A DNA stretch of 64,000 bases. It comes from a virus. The position numbers were made by a program, and so were the translations under genes. The notes under the pieces were generated by a model. The model was given only the letters and a program-made list of their open reading frames with translations. It ran no database searches and had not been told where the DNA came from. Location of the stretch: IMG/VR virus record IMGVR_UViG_3300009448_000011, positions 32,001 through 96,000 of that record, one strand, 5' to 3'. Positions 29,588-38,468 of the stretch are shown piece after piece (the first letter of the stretch is position 1; the number at the start of each line of letters is the position of its first letter).

Positions 29588-32500
29588 TCATTTAGCGGCC
29601 CAACTAGTACCCAATTTACATTCTGCTTTAGAAGGAAAATCAGGCACTAATTTATGTAATAATTCATCCATTGCTTTTTTCATTCCTAATTCTTGTGCAG
29701 CAGCATATTCATAAGAAATATCTTGAAATTTATATTCAGGAATATAAACTTCCCCATCTTTTCTTACATTTACTACTTCACCTTGTCCAGGGATATAAGT
29801 AATACATTCATCATGAACTAAGCCTACGATATAGCCTGGAGAAGAATGTTGTTTATACTTAGTATTAAGCTGAGTAAAAAACTGATCGATATAATGTGCG
29901 GCGCGTTTTGTCATAATACTAGAAAGGCCTTGTATAATGGTATTACAACCTTTACGCATAGTAGCGCCATCATTTTCTATTCCGTGAGCATTACCTTCGC
30001 CAACGAAATAGCGTCTATTTGTTATAGGACATTGTACCCATTTTTGATATCTAGCCAAAGAACTAGTATTATCAATATAGACTTGCAATTCTGGAAATAA
30101 ATTAAAATAGTTTTTAAGAAGTTGTTCAGCAACCTTAATATCTATTTGAAGAGCGGTAGAAATTCTATTAGCACTTCCACCATAAATTACCTTAAACCCT
30201 AAATTTTCATCTAGGTTTGGACTATACCTTTTAATGTAATTATTTGACATACATTAAAACACCGTGTTATAATTAGTATAACAAAGAAACATTTTAGATA
30301 ATGGACATACAAACAGCGGCGAATTTACAAGAATTAATAGAACAAGATCCTTTAATAGAATTAATCGAAATATGGGATAAAGTTTTATACATAAGAAAAG
30401 TAAAAGGCCGAGGAAGGTTTCATACTAAAAAAAATATTACTTTGTTAAAAAGTGGAATATACATCAATACAAAATATATACTCCAAGAATACAAAAGACT
30501 TCAAAAAAAATATCACCCTGATTTAAACAAAGGAAAAAAAAATTATGTTGAAATTTCAAAAAGCATTAATCAATGGAAAGACTTATTATTTGAATGTGAC
30601 GAAAGAGAACTCAATAGAACAGTATATCAGTTACTTATTACAACATGTGGACCGCTCACATCCATTTTCAGCATTGGAAAATCAGCAGACTTTATTTGGG
30701 GGCAAGAGGCCGGATTTCTCCACATCCCTAGATTTAATTCTGAACAGGAATTCAAGGAATGGAAAATTCCCTTTAGGAATTGGGCGGAAAAACTCGATGA
30801 TTGCCGATTGCCTAGAAGTAAAAGGAAGTTCTCAGATGTTGAGCACTACGGAGTTAATGAAAGAGATCTTCCTTTTTGATGCAGCAGAAACTATTGTTCC
30901 TACTTATGATGTTTCTATGTCTGATTTTCAATCTCAATATTTTCCATTGGGGAAAGAAAGCAAGAATTATTTCAGAAGTTATGTGCAGGAAGCACTTAAT
31001 AGAGGCATCAAAGTGAAATCATTTACTTTTTGGTTTGCGGGCCCTCTAGTGTCTATTGAAGCCATCAAATTTTCTATTTATTGGAATCGCGTGATCAAAC
31101 AAATAGGTGGAATTCAAGTAGAAATCAAAGTTTTGTCTTTGGAACAATTAATTAATTACATCATTTCCAATATTCCAACAAAAAAATGGTATGTATTAAA
31201 TCAACATCCTTCTGTTTGTATGAGTAGAGCGCAGGTTGAAGCTCTAATAGAAGCTCAACTAGCCATTTTAGTATAATCTTTTAATATCTAATTATCTTTA
31301 AGTCGCCTTGTACATTAATGTATTTAGGCGTTTTTTATTATGTATTCTTAAAAGTCTCTGAACCATTTTATAAACTTTCATTTATAGCTGGCTGCTGATT
31401 GACATATAGTATTTTTTAAACTACTTAGTGTTCCAGCAATTGAGTGTTTTTTACTTCACCATAATTTACAATTTAGTGAAGCCGCAGACTTTACCACGGT
31501 CTCTTCTTGTCCATCCATTCATATCTTTTTTAGCTTCTTTAATAACATTCCATTTAGGAACAGTAGCTAATTCAGGGTACATTCCAATAGCCGAAACTAC
31601 ATGAAGATCCCCGTCAGGATTAGGATATGTTTCTTTTGTATGTGGATTAATAAGAAAGGGATTATGCACTTCGGCATCGAAAAACGCATTAATCATTCTC
31701 TCTATTTTTGCTATACAAGCAATAGCTCTTACTTCTTGCAATATAGTTTTATTCTATACTGGCACTACTCTTCACCATCTCTATTAAGTACAGGTGTTTT
31801 ACGTCAGTGCTCTACTCTTGCCCAATTAATATAATAGAATAATAGTTCTAATTAATTTGCTAGATCGGGATTAGTTTACTATCACTTTCCCCGAATTGGT
31901 AAAATATTTTTTATACTATTTCTAATATAAACGACCCTTTTTTATTGTATTTATTTGTTTGACATTCAGCCATATAAGAGATACAATAAAAAAAAGACAA
32001 AAAACAAATAAGGTATGGATGCTCAAACTTGTAGAAACCTACAAACATTAATTGATAAAGATAATAATATTGAACTCATAGAAATATGGGCCAAGGTACT
32101 TTATCTAAGAATGAAAAAAGGAAAAAACAAGTTTTGCAGTAAAAAAGGAATAACTAATTTAAGCTCAGGAATTTATTTAAACTTAACTAACTTTAAAAAT
32201 GAATACACAAAATTGCAACGAAAATATCACCCAGACAAAAATGCAAAACATTTTGAAATTTCAAAAGGTATTAATCAATGGAAAGCATTTATATTTGAAT
32301 GTGACAAACGAGAACTTAATAGAACAGAACTTAATACATTACTTGAATCATGTCCCCCCAACACATCCTTATTCTCTCTTAGAGAACCAGCAAGTTATTT
32401 ACAACAACAAGAGACCGGACTTTTCAACCACCTTGACGACATTGCCAGGCACTATTGGGCCACTGTTACGCCTAAGCAAAGAGCTGAGGCAGAAGCTAGG

Positions 32501-33147
32501 GAAGAAGAATGGCTTGCTCGTCGATGTGGTAGAAACAAAGATGGAAGTAAATACGTCGACCCTTATGAAGGAACTTGTCCCTTTTAAAGAAGATGCACAA
32601 CAATTTGTTGATTCATCTTTTAGAAAGGAACAATTTACTTTTAATGCAGAACGCGTTGTCAATTATAAATGTTACATAAGCAATTATGTGAAAGCTGTTC
32701 AACAAAAAAAAGGTAAAGTAAAACAAATTACTTTTGCTTTTGTAGCTCCAAAAATAACAGTAGATGCATATGAATTGGCGTGGATTTTAACACATAGTCC
32801 AATTTACAATAATATTGGTGGCGTTAAAATCATAGTAGAATTATATACATTAGAAGCTTTTATCGAAAAACTGATTAATATAATCCCAGCCAATAAATGG
32901 TTCATTAAAAGTTCAATTCCTTTTAATTGTGTAAATGGGAGAGATGTAGATCTTCTAGTTAAAGAAAATAGAGCTATTATTATTTAATTTATTTATTTTT
33001 TATCTTTAGTAATAAACTCAGTATATAGGTGTATACTGAGTTTCAATTTATATTTAGTTAAGCCGAGTAATCACTAATACCCACACACATACCTTTAGGC
33101 GCCGCACCTAAAGCTTTTCTTACCGTTGTTGTAATTTCATATGACAT
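29588..33147 (-). CDS. polA: Family-A DNA polymerase, C-terminal (palm/fingers) half; 3 exons 33147-33061, 31738-31475, 30190-29588 (317 aa)
   Basis: Splicing restores motif A DYSA|QEVR and motif B RDRGKVCGFT|VIYGG; motif C VHDE; NTIIQG. Confidence 0.9.
30244..30273 (+). promoter_or_regulatory. Sigma70-type promoter of cassette copy 2
   Basis: TTGACA-N18-TATAAT with TG extension, overlapping intron P3/P8 on the opposite strand. Confidence 0.8.
30301..30879 (+). CDS. Cassette copy 2 ORF A (J-domain-like)
   Basis: YKRLQKKYHPDLNKG; ends ERDLPF. Confidence 0.75.
   Translation: MDIQTAANLQELIEQDPLIELIEIWDKVLYIRKVKGRGRFHTKKNITLLKSGIYINTKYILQEYKRLQKKYHPDLNKGKKNYVEISKSINQWKDLLFECDERELNRTVYQLLITTCGPLTSIFSIGKSADFIWGQEAGFLHIPRFNSEQEFKEWKIPFRNWAEKLDDCRLPRSKRKFSDVEHYGVNERDLPF
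30545..31276 (+). CDS. Cassette copy 2 ORF B (PD-(D/E)xK endonuclease)
   Basis: KRPDFST...CLEVK. Confidence 0.75.
   Translation: MLKFQKALINGKTYYLNVTKENSIEQYISYLLQHVDRSHPFSALENQQTLFGGKRPDFSTSLDLILNRNSRNGKFPLGIGRKNSMIADCLEVKGSSQMLSTTELMKEIFLFDAAETIVPTYDVSMSDFQSQYFPLGKESKNYFRSYVQEALNRGIKVKSFTFWFAGPLVSIEAIKFSIYWNRVIKQIGGIQVEIKVLSLEQLINYIISNIPTKKWYVLNQHPSVCMSRAQVEALIEAQLAILV
31304..31336 (+). terminator. Intrinsic terminator after copy 2
   Basis: CGCCT...AGGCG followed by TTTTTT. Confidence 0.7.
31959..31987 (+). promoter_or_regulatory. Sigma70-type promoter of cassette copy 3
   Basis: TTGACA-N17-TACAAT. Confidence 0.75.
32015..32587 (+). CDS. Cassette copy 3 ORF A (J-domain-like)
   Basis: YTKLQRKYHPDKN; ends EGTCPF. 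Confidence 0.75.
   Translation: MDAQTCRNLQTLIDKDNNIELIEIWAKVLYLRMKKGKNKFCSKKGITNLSSGIYLNLTNFKNEYTKLQRKYHPDKNAKHFEISKGINQWKAFIFECDKRELNRTELNTLLESCPPNTSLFSLREPASYLQQQETGLFNHLDDIARHYWATVTPKQRAEAEAREEEWLARRCGRNKDGSKYVDPYEGTCPF
32199..32987 (+). CDS. Cassette copy 3 ORF B (PD-(D/E)xK endonuclease)
   Basis: KRPDFST...VVETK. Confidence 0.75.
   Translation: MNTQNCNENITQTKMQNILKFQKVLINGKHLYLNVTNENLIEQNLIHYLNHVPPTHPYSLLENQQVIYNNKRPDFSTTLTTLPGTIGPLLRLSKELRQKLGKKNGLLVDVVETKMEVNTSTLMKELVPFKEDAQQFVDSSFRKEQFTFNAERVVNYKCYISNYVKAVQQKKGKVKQITFAFVAPKITVDAYELAWILTHSPIYNNIGGVKIIVELYTLEAFIEKLINIIPANKWFIKSSIPFNCVNGRDVDLLVKENRAIII
33014..33043 (+). terminator. Hairpin after copy 3 (terminator candidate)
   Basis: aaactcagtata/tatactgagttt 12-bp inverted repeat. 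Confidence 0.55.
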
Positions 33148-33209
33148 ATTTAATTTTAAATTTGGTTTAATTAATGAAAAAGAATAAATAGCAATAGAAT
33201 TAAAATATT

Positions 33210-33563
33210 TTAAACAATATTATGTTTCAACAAAACAAGAATGATTTGTTTAATAATATCGCCATGACAATCATTAGGTTTGCACCAACAAGCAAGTTTA
33301 AAATCTACCCCTTTTTTTTCTAATTGAGCTAAGCGAATCAATTCATCATAAACAGAGCCTTTTTTCAAAGAATACATTTGAAGAATCCAGGCCTTATAGA
33401 GCTGTAGACTTTCTGCAAGAGTTCTATTATGTCTAACTGCATAAGGATTATTTAAAGGGCTAGCTTTTAAATTGTAATAAGCATTTTTACGGCCAATGTA
33501 GATAATATCTTCGCCAACAAATCCGTCTTTTTTCCCATTGATAATGTGCATAGAGTTGTTCAA
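33210..33563 (-). CDS. DUF4326-like protein
   Basis: IYIGR...SPLNNPY...LACWCKPNDCHGDII. Confidence 0.8.
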   Translation of the reverse strand: MNNSMHIINGKKDGFVGEDIIYIGRKNAYYNLKASPLNNPYAVRHNRTLAESLQLYKAWILQMYSLKKGSVYDELIRLAQLEKKGVDFKLACWCKPNDCHGDIIKQIILVLLKHNIV

Positions 33564-33570
33564 TTAAATA

Positions 33571-34860
33571 TCAAAATTGATGTTGATCAATAGAAATAAC
33601 AGCAAGAGTAGAAGAAACTTGTTGTAAATTAGCAGAGCCACTAGAACTCATGCGACCTGTACTAGAACCTATAGAAGAAAAACCGACATGTACGTTATTA
33701 GTAGTACTATTAATAATAGAGTTATACTTCAAACATTCAGACCAAAGTTTACTATATTTTTTATAACGTAACAAATTTTTAATTAAATTAATATGACTAT
33801 ATTTAGAAATCAAATAATTCTCATCAAATAAAGGTTCTTTTTCTTCATCAAGGGCTTCTTGTTTTAGTAGATCAAGATATAATTTTATTTCATCTGCTTG
33901 CAAGCTAGATAAAGAAGCGCCGCCTAATTTAGTCAAATAATCATTAATAAAAGAAACTAAGCCCTTATTATTATTAAGTAAAGTTTTGACTTTATCAGGA
34001 ATAACATACTTAAGTTCCCAATGACCTTGAGCATTAAGATCAGTATCAGTATAGATAGTAAAACCTAATTCATGTACTAAATAAGATCTATGAAGATTAG
34101 TTTGTTCTTCGGCATAAGAAGTAATCTTAGCTAATAGAGAAGTATCGAGACACATGCCGTAATATTCCATTTTTGCACAAATAACAGTAGCTTGCTGATC
34201 TGATTCGTATGCAAATTGTTGATGAAGAAGATCAAGTTGAGTTTTAAATAAATAATAACCTTCAATTAATATAGAATTAATAGAAGAAAGTTTAGGAGCG
34301 CCAACATCTAAAGCGGCATAACCTAATTGGCTAGTAGTTAAAGGTCGTTCACCCCAAGAACTAGTAGCTTCACTTTTATCGAGATGGATATCAAAATAAT
34401 CCCTTGCTAAATCTTTAAGACCATGGCCTCTAAATATAGAAGCTTTCATTCCTGTAGTAATGGCCAAACTTTTCATTAAAGTCAAAGAACAAACAGTATT
34501 AACGGGCCAGGATTTAAACTCGTTATAAAATTGTTTTAAATCAAATTGACTATAGTGAAGTATTTTTAATATATTTTCATTAAGCAATACTTTTGTATTA
34601 AATAAAGATTTAGCAGAAGAACTCAATAATATAAAATCTAAAATATAAGGAATAGAATGATTTATACTATTTAATTGAACTAAAGATATTTTAGAACTAT
34701 GAGGATCCAAAGCACTAGGATTTACTTTAGATAAATCAATCATAGTTTCAGTATCCAGTGCAATTTCCTTACTTTCTACACAAAAATCAATTATTGCCTC
34801 TATATCTTTATCTTCTGTTACATAATAAATATCAATTTCCGCTGTTTCTATTAATTTCAT
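33571..34860 (-). CDS. polA: Family-A DNA polymerase, N-terminal half (3'-5' exonuclease and thumb)
   Basis: ALDTET, HYSQFDL, YAALDV, MEYYGM.LD, TGRMSS..ANLQQV, then stop. Confidence 0.9.
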   Translation of the reverse strand: MKLIETAEIDIYYVTEDKDIEAIIDFCVESKEIALDTETMIDLSKVNPSALDPHSSKISLVQLNSINHSIPYILDFILLSSSAKSLFNTKVLLNENILKILHYSQFDLKQFYNEFKSWPVNTVCSLTLMKSLAITTGMKASIFRGHGLKDLARDYFDIHLDKSEATSSWGERPLTTSQLGYAALDVGAPKLSSINSILIEGYYLFKTQLDLLHQQFAYESDQQATVICAKMEYYGMCLDTSLLAKITSYAEEQTNLHRSYLVHELGFTIYTDTDLNAQGHWELKYVIPDKVKTLLNNNKGLVSFINDYLTKLGGASLSSLQADEIKLYLDLLKQEALDEEKEPLFDENYLISKYSHINLIKNLLRYKKYSKLWSECLKYNSIINSTTNNVHVGFSSIGSSTGRMSSSGSANLQQVSSTLAVISIDQHQF

Positions 34861-34922
34861 ATTAAAAAAAATATATAATTCTAATTAAATATTTAATTAG
34901 AGTATATAATATAGAATTAGGA

Positions 34923-35366
34923 TTAAGAAGACAAAGTAGAAATATCTTGTTTCAAAGATTCTATTTCAGAAGAAACAGCTAAAGAATTAAAATCAAATTC
35001 AACAGAAGAAGAAAGGTCAGGATTAGGGGAAGAATCTTGTTGAAGTTGTTGAGAGACATAAGAATCTGCATCAAAAACAGAAAAGCCAGAAGATTGATCT
35101 AGAGAATTGGGGGCAACTCTAGGAATAGAGGGGGCCTCAGTAGAAATAGTGACTTGATTTTTGTCAGTATAACGAGGTTGAAAAGGAGAATCATTAGAGG
35201 AAGAAAGAGAAGAGTTGCGAGAATATAAAGAAGATGTAGAGCTTTTAACTGCTTCTGCGGCGGTATTTAAGATACAATCAATTTGATATGTTTTCTCTAT
35301 TAATTCTTTCCGAGCAGCAACTAATTCTGAAACAGACATAGTTTTATAAGATTTCTTTTTTATCAT
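34923..35366 (-). CDS. Ser-rich hypothetical protein
   Basis: 147 aa ORF in operon order. Confidence 0.5.
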   Translation of the reverse strand: MIKKKSYKTMSVSELVAARKELIEKTYQIDCILNTAAEAVKSSTSSLYSRNSSLSSSNDSPFQPRYTDKNQVTISTEAPSIPRVAPNSLDQSSGFSVFDADSYVSQQLQQDSSPNPDLSSSVEFDFNSLAVSSEIESLKQDISTLSS

Positions 35367-35371
35367 AGGAT

Positions 35372-36466
35372 TTAAGAAAGATTTAGAATAGAATTTAATT
35401 GAAGTTGGAGATCGAGATAAGAGTCGGGATGTTCCAAATAATAGTCGTAAACTTTTTGAAGACCTGCGACTTTTTTATCTAAATGAGGAACATAGAACCA
35501 AGCACCGTGTTGTTGAATAATATTTGCATCAAGAGATAAATTAACGGTATCAGCAAAAACATCAACACCTGCTATTATAGTATCATTTCGTTTAATAGGA
35601 AAAATAAAAGGAATTTCCACTTTTTTAAAGGGGGTAGAGGTTTTATTTTTAACAGCTTGAATAGAAACAATTTGACCTATTTTTTCTTTAGCGTCTTCAA
35701 GCCAACTAACACGATTTAAATCTAATCTAACAGAACAATAATAGTGAACAGCTCTACCTCCACAAGTAGTAGATTTAGAACCATAACCAAGAAGATTCTG
35801 ACCACGTTCTTGATTAAGTAAGATAATAGAAATATTACGTTCAGCAGCAAGAGTAACTAATTGTTTAAGAGCATTACTCATTAAGCGTGCTAAAGAACCA
35901 ATCATAGTAGTACCCATTTCTTTTTTTTCATCTAGATCGCCACTAGGAACAAGAGCTGCTACAGAATCAAGAACAATTAAATTTAGTACAGGATTACCAG
36001 CACTATCTTGTAATTTTATACCTGTTCGTATAGCCTCTAGAGCTTCTTCTGCAGAATTAGGTGCAAAGGTACAAAGTTTATCTAAATTAACGCCACAATA
36101 TATCATAAAGTCAGGATCTATAGCATGTTCAGCATCGACCCACATACAAAGTTTGTTTTGTTTTTGATAACTAGAAACAATATGGGAAGCCAAAGTACTT
36201 TTACCAACACTAGTATCTCCAAAAATCTCTATAATTCTGCCTACGGGGAGACCGCCGCCCAAAACGTTATTTAAACTTAAACAATCTAATTTAACTCTAC
36301 CGACGCTTTCAAATTTATTTTTATTACGAAATCCAGCATATTGAGTACCAAACTTTTTACTAAGAGTTTTATCAAATAATTCTAAAGATTCAAAGTCAGT
36401 TTCAGGTAGATCAGTTTCAAGTAGATCAGTTTCAAGTAGATCAGTTTCAGGTAGATTTTTTTTCAT
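35372..36466 (-). CDS. recA: RecA/UvsX recombinase
   Basis: GGGLPVGRIIEIFGDTSVGKST, DAEHA, LDSVAALVP, KNKTSTPF. Confidence 0.95.
   Translation of the reverse strand: MKKNLPETDLLETDLLETDLPETDFESLELFDKTLSKKFGTQYAGFRNKNKFESVGRVKLDCLSLNNVLGGGLPVGRIIEIFGDTSVGKSTLASHIVSSYQKQNKLCMWVDAEHAIDPDFMIYCGVNLDKLCTFAPNSAEEALEAIRTGIKLQDSAGNPVLNLIVLDSVAALVPSGDLDEKKEMGTTMIGSLARLMSNALKQLVTLAAERNISIILLNQERGQNLLGYGSKSTTCGGRAVHYYCSVRLDLNRVSWLEDAKEKIGQIVSIQAVKNKTSTPFKKVEIPFIFPIKRNDTIIAGVDVFADTVNLSLDANIIQQHGAWFYVPHLDKKVAGLQKVYDYYLEHPDSYLDLQLQLNSILNLS
36396..36455. repeat. 15-bp tandem repeat x4 in the RecA N-terminus
   Basis: (tcagtttcaRgtaga)4 encoding L(P/L)ETD. Confidence 0.9.
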
Positions 36467-37229
36467 CTTTAAAATTAGTAATAGAGTTATATAAATAAAT
36501 TAATTCAAAAAAAGTAGATTCAGACATACCAACATAGGAACCGACTTTATTTGTATATATATAGCAAAAATTACTACCAAAACTATTATCAAAAGACTGA
36601 GTAGTAATTTTGGGCAATTCTTGTAGAGCAAAAAGGTAAGAAGAAGAAGGAGAAGAAGAAGTTAAAGTAAATAGAAATTTATAGATGCCCTGAGAAAAAG
36701 ATTGAAAATGGTGTATAAGTAATAAAGGAAAAGTAGTTAAAAAAGTAGTCCAAATAGTAATAAAAGTTTTATAATCTAAATAAAAATAAGAGTTATGAGT
36801 AAGGACTAAATGAATAATAATAAGTTTAATATTCTGAGAATAAGATTCTTTGTATTCTTTTAAAGAAGGTAAAAAAGAAGAAGTAGATTTAAATCTACAT
36901 TTAATTTCCACTTTAAGTTTACCTATATTGGATAAATAGAGAGAAGCATCGCCATCGCCATTAATAGAACCACTACCTCTAGTAGGATTAAAAAAAGGTA
37001 AATTTTTTATAACAACTAATTCTTTAGTCTTACCCAATTTACTATAAGAGACTGCTTTAGATTTTTGAACAATATTTGCGGGATGTTTATTAATATCTTT
37101 ATTAATAGGAGAATATAGTAAATACTTACTTTTTAAATTAGCTTTACATTCATGACATCTAGTTTCATAGTTTTTACAATTCAAAAAATATTCAGCGGGA
37201 CAGTTCTTTAATATAATTTCTTCTAACAT
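36447..37229 (-). CDS. PD-(D/E)xK resolvase-like nuclease
   Basis: RGSGSINGDGDA...VEIK; N-terminal Cys cluster. Confidence 0.55.
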   Translation of the reverse strand: MLEEIILKNCPAEYFLNCKNYETRCHECKANLKSKYLLYSPINKDINKHPANIVQKSKAVSYSKLGKTKELVVIKNLPFFNPTRGSGSINGDGDASLYLSNIGKLKVEIKCRFKSTSSFLPSLKEYKESYSQNIKLIIIHLVLTHNSYFYLDYKTFITIWTTFLTTFPLLLIHHFQSFSQGIYKFLFTLTSSSPSSSYLFALQELPKITTQSFDNSFGSNFCYIYTNKVGSYVGMSESTFFELIYLYNSITNFKDEKKST

Positions 37230-37754
37230 ATGACTACTAATTTAAATTTAAAATATTCTATTACATTTAGTGCAGCCACAAAAGTAATAGACAATAATGC
37301 TGAATTTTCATCTGAGGATATAGCGCAACAACAATTACAATTCAATAGCAATAGTTTAATTAATTCTGCGGCAAAAAGAATAGAGATACAATTATACCCT
37401 ACACCTTATTTAACTCCGTCTATACATAGAGTATATGATTTAGATTTAAATTCTTTAAAAATTGGGTTTCTGAGAATGATTTATATTAAATCAGAAACCC
37501 AATTTTTATATTCAACAGCAGACAGTTTAATTAATTTAGGAACTGCACCTAGAGAATTAACACAATGTTATGTAATAGATAAAGGATTCATGCCTTCACC
37601 TACTATATTCACCCCAGATATTCCTTATGCTAAATTTATTAGATTAATCAATCCTCTTGAAATTAATGGAGGAGGTTCAGGAAATAGTGAGGCAGATATT
37701 CCTATACTAGTTAGTTTATTAATTGTGTCTACGCCTGCTACTCCCCTTATTTAA
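37230..37754 (+). CDS. Hypothetical protein (possibly structural)
   Basis: 174 aa beta-rich ORF on the + strand. Confidence 0.5.
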   Translation: MTTNLNLKYSITFSAATKVIDNNAEFSSEDIAQQQLQFNSNSLINSAAKRIEIQLYPTPYLTPSIHRVYDLDLNSLKIGFLRMIYIKSETQFLYSTADSLINLGTAPRELTQCYVIDKGFMPSPTIFTPDIPYAKFIRLINPLEINGGGSGNSEADIPILVSLLIVSTPATPLI

Positions 37755-38041
37755 ATGGTAGGTTTATAAACAACAGGTTCTGCCGCCTCTTTATCACGTA
37801 AACCTACATAAATAAAAGGATTGCCTTTAAAAGAGGTAGATTTAATATATTCTCTATAGCCTGCGGGAACTATAAAACTAACTTCTAGATTAGTATTAGG
37901 TCTCATTTTTTTACCATTTAACTCTTTAAATTCACCACTAATAATAGTCAAAGTTTTATTATTATAGGGATTTTGTAGTTCAGTTCTAATAATCATATCT
38001 TCGTCACCAGGCAAAGAAAAATCAAAATCATCAATATCCAT
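37751..38041 (-). CDS. Hypothetical protein
   Basis: 96 aa ORF. Confidence 0.5.
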   Translation of the reverse strand: MDIDDFDFSLPGDEDMIIRTELQNPYNNKTLTIISGEFKELNGKKMRPNTNLEVSFIVPAGYREYIKSTSFKGNPFIYVGLRDKEAAEPVVYKPTI

Positions 38042-38042
38042 A

Positions 38043-38468
38043 TCAACTTCTCCTAATATTATTTAATTCACTAAGTAGTAATTTCATAAAAACGGGGTTA
38101 TTTTTTCTAAAATCATCTGTGTATTCTTCTAAATTAACACAAGCTAAATCTTTAAAATACGCAATATTTTTATTAGTTTGAATTACTGCAATGTTGCTCC
38201 AATCTTTTAAAACAACAGTATTAAAAGCAACATTATATCTTTCTTCATAAGCTAAACGATAATAAGTTTCTGTAGATAAACAAAAAGCTATTTCTTTTGT
38301 TAGTTTATGACAACTAATTTTACGCATAGCTTGTGTTAATGAATATATAGGAATAAGAGAAGGATTTCTTTTACGAGTAAAGAACCCTTTTTTTATTAAC
38401 TTTAATAATAACTTTTCTTTGGTATTTTTTATATGTGGCACATTTAGTAGCATAAGAATTAACTTCAC
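38043..38468 (-). CDS. Hypothetical protein
   Basis: 141 aa ORF overlapping the DHFR 3' end; start uncertain. Confidence 0.4.
   Translation of the reverse strand: MKLILMLLNVPHIKNTKEKLLLKLIKKGFFTRKRNPSLIPIYSLTQAMRKISCHKLTKEIAFCLSTETYYRLAYEERYNVAFNTVVLKDWSNIAVIQTNKNIAYFKDLACVNLEEYTDDFRKNNPVFMKLLLSELNNIRRS

Larger units (their letters stand above)
30191..31474 (-). mobile_element. Group I intron 2 in polA (1284 nt)
   Basis: P1 CUUCACU/GGUGAAG with U.G pair; P AAUUGCUGGAA, Q AAUCAGCAGC, R CAGAGACU, S AAGGUAUAGUCC; P3 AAAACAC/GUGUUUU; P9 GAAA hairpin; terminal G. Confidence 0.92.
31739..33060 (-). mobile_element. Group I intron 1 in polA (1322 nt)
   Basis: Exon CGGCU pairs with IGS GGUCG (31932-31936); P4 UCGGG/CCCGA; P3 UUUUAC/GUAAAA; P7 G(A)GCACUG/UAGUGCC; P8 CACC/GGUG; terminal G. 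Confidence 0.88.

Noticed and set aside
30191-30250. First 20 aa of ORF 29588..30250, and the first 8 aa of ORF 48403..49218
   Set aside because: These are intron 3' sequence that happens to be in frame; the exons begin at VIYG and YELIL.
33148-33570. Possible third polA intron or intein spanning the DUF4326 gene
   Set aside because: No P/Q/R/S core or intein motifs, too little non-coding space, and the downstream half has its own ATG.
36396-36455. Tandem repeats as a CRISPR array or DGR
   Set aside because: In-frame coding repeats without spacers; no cas operon or reverse transcriptase in the window.
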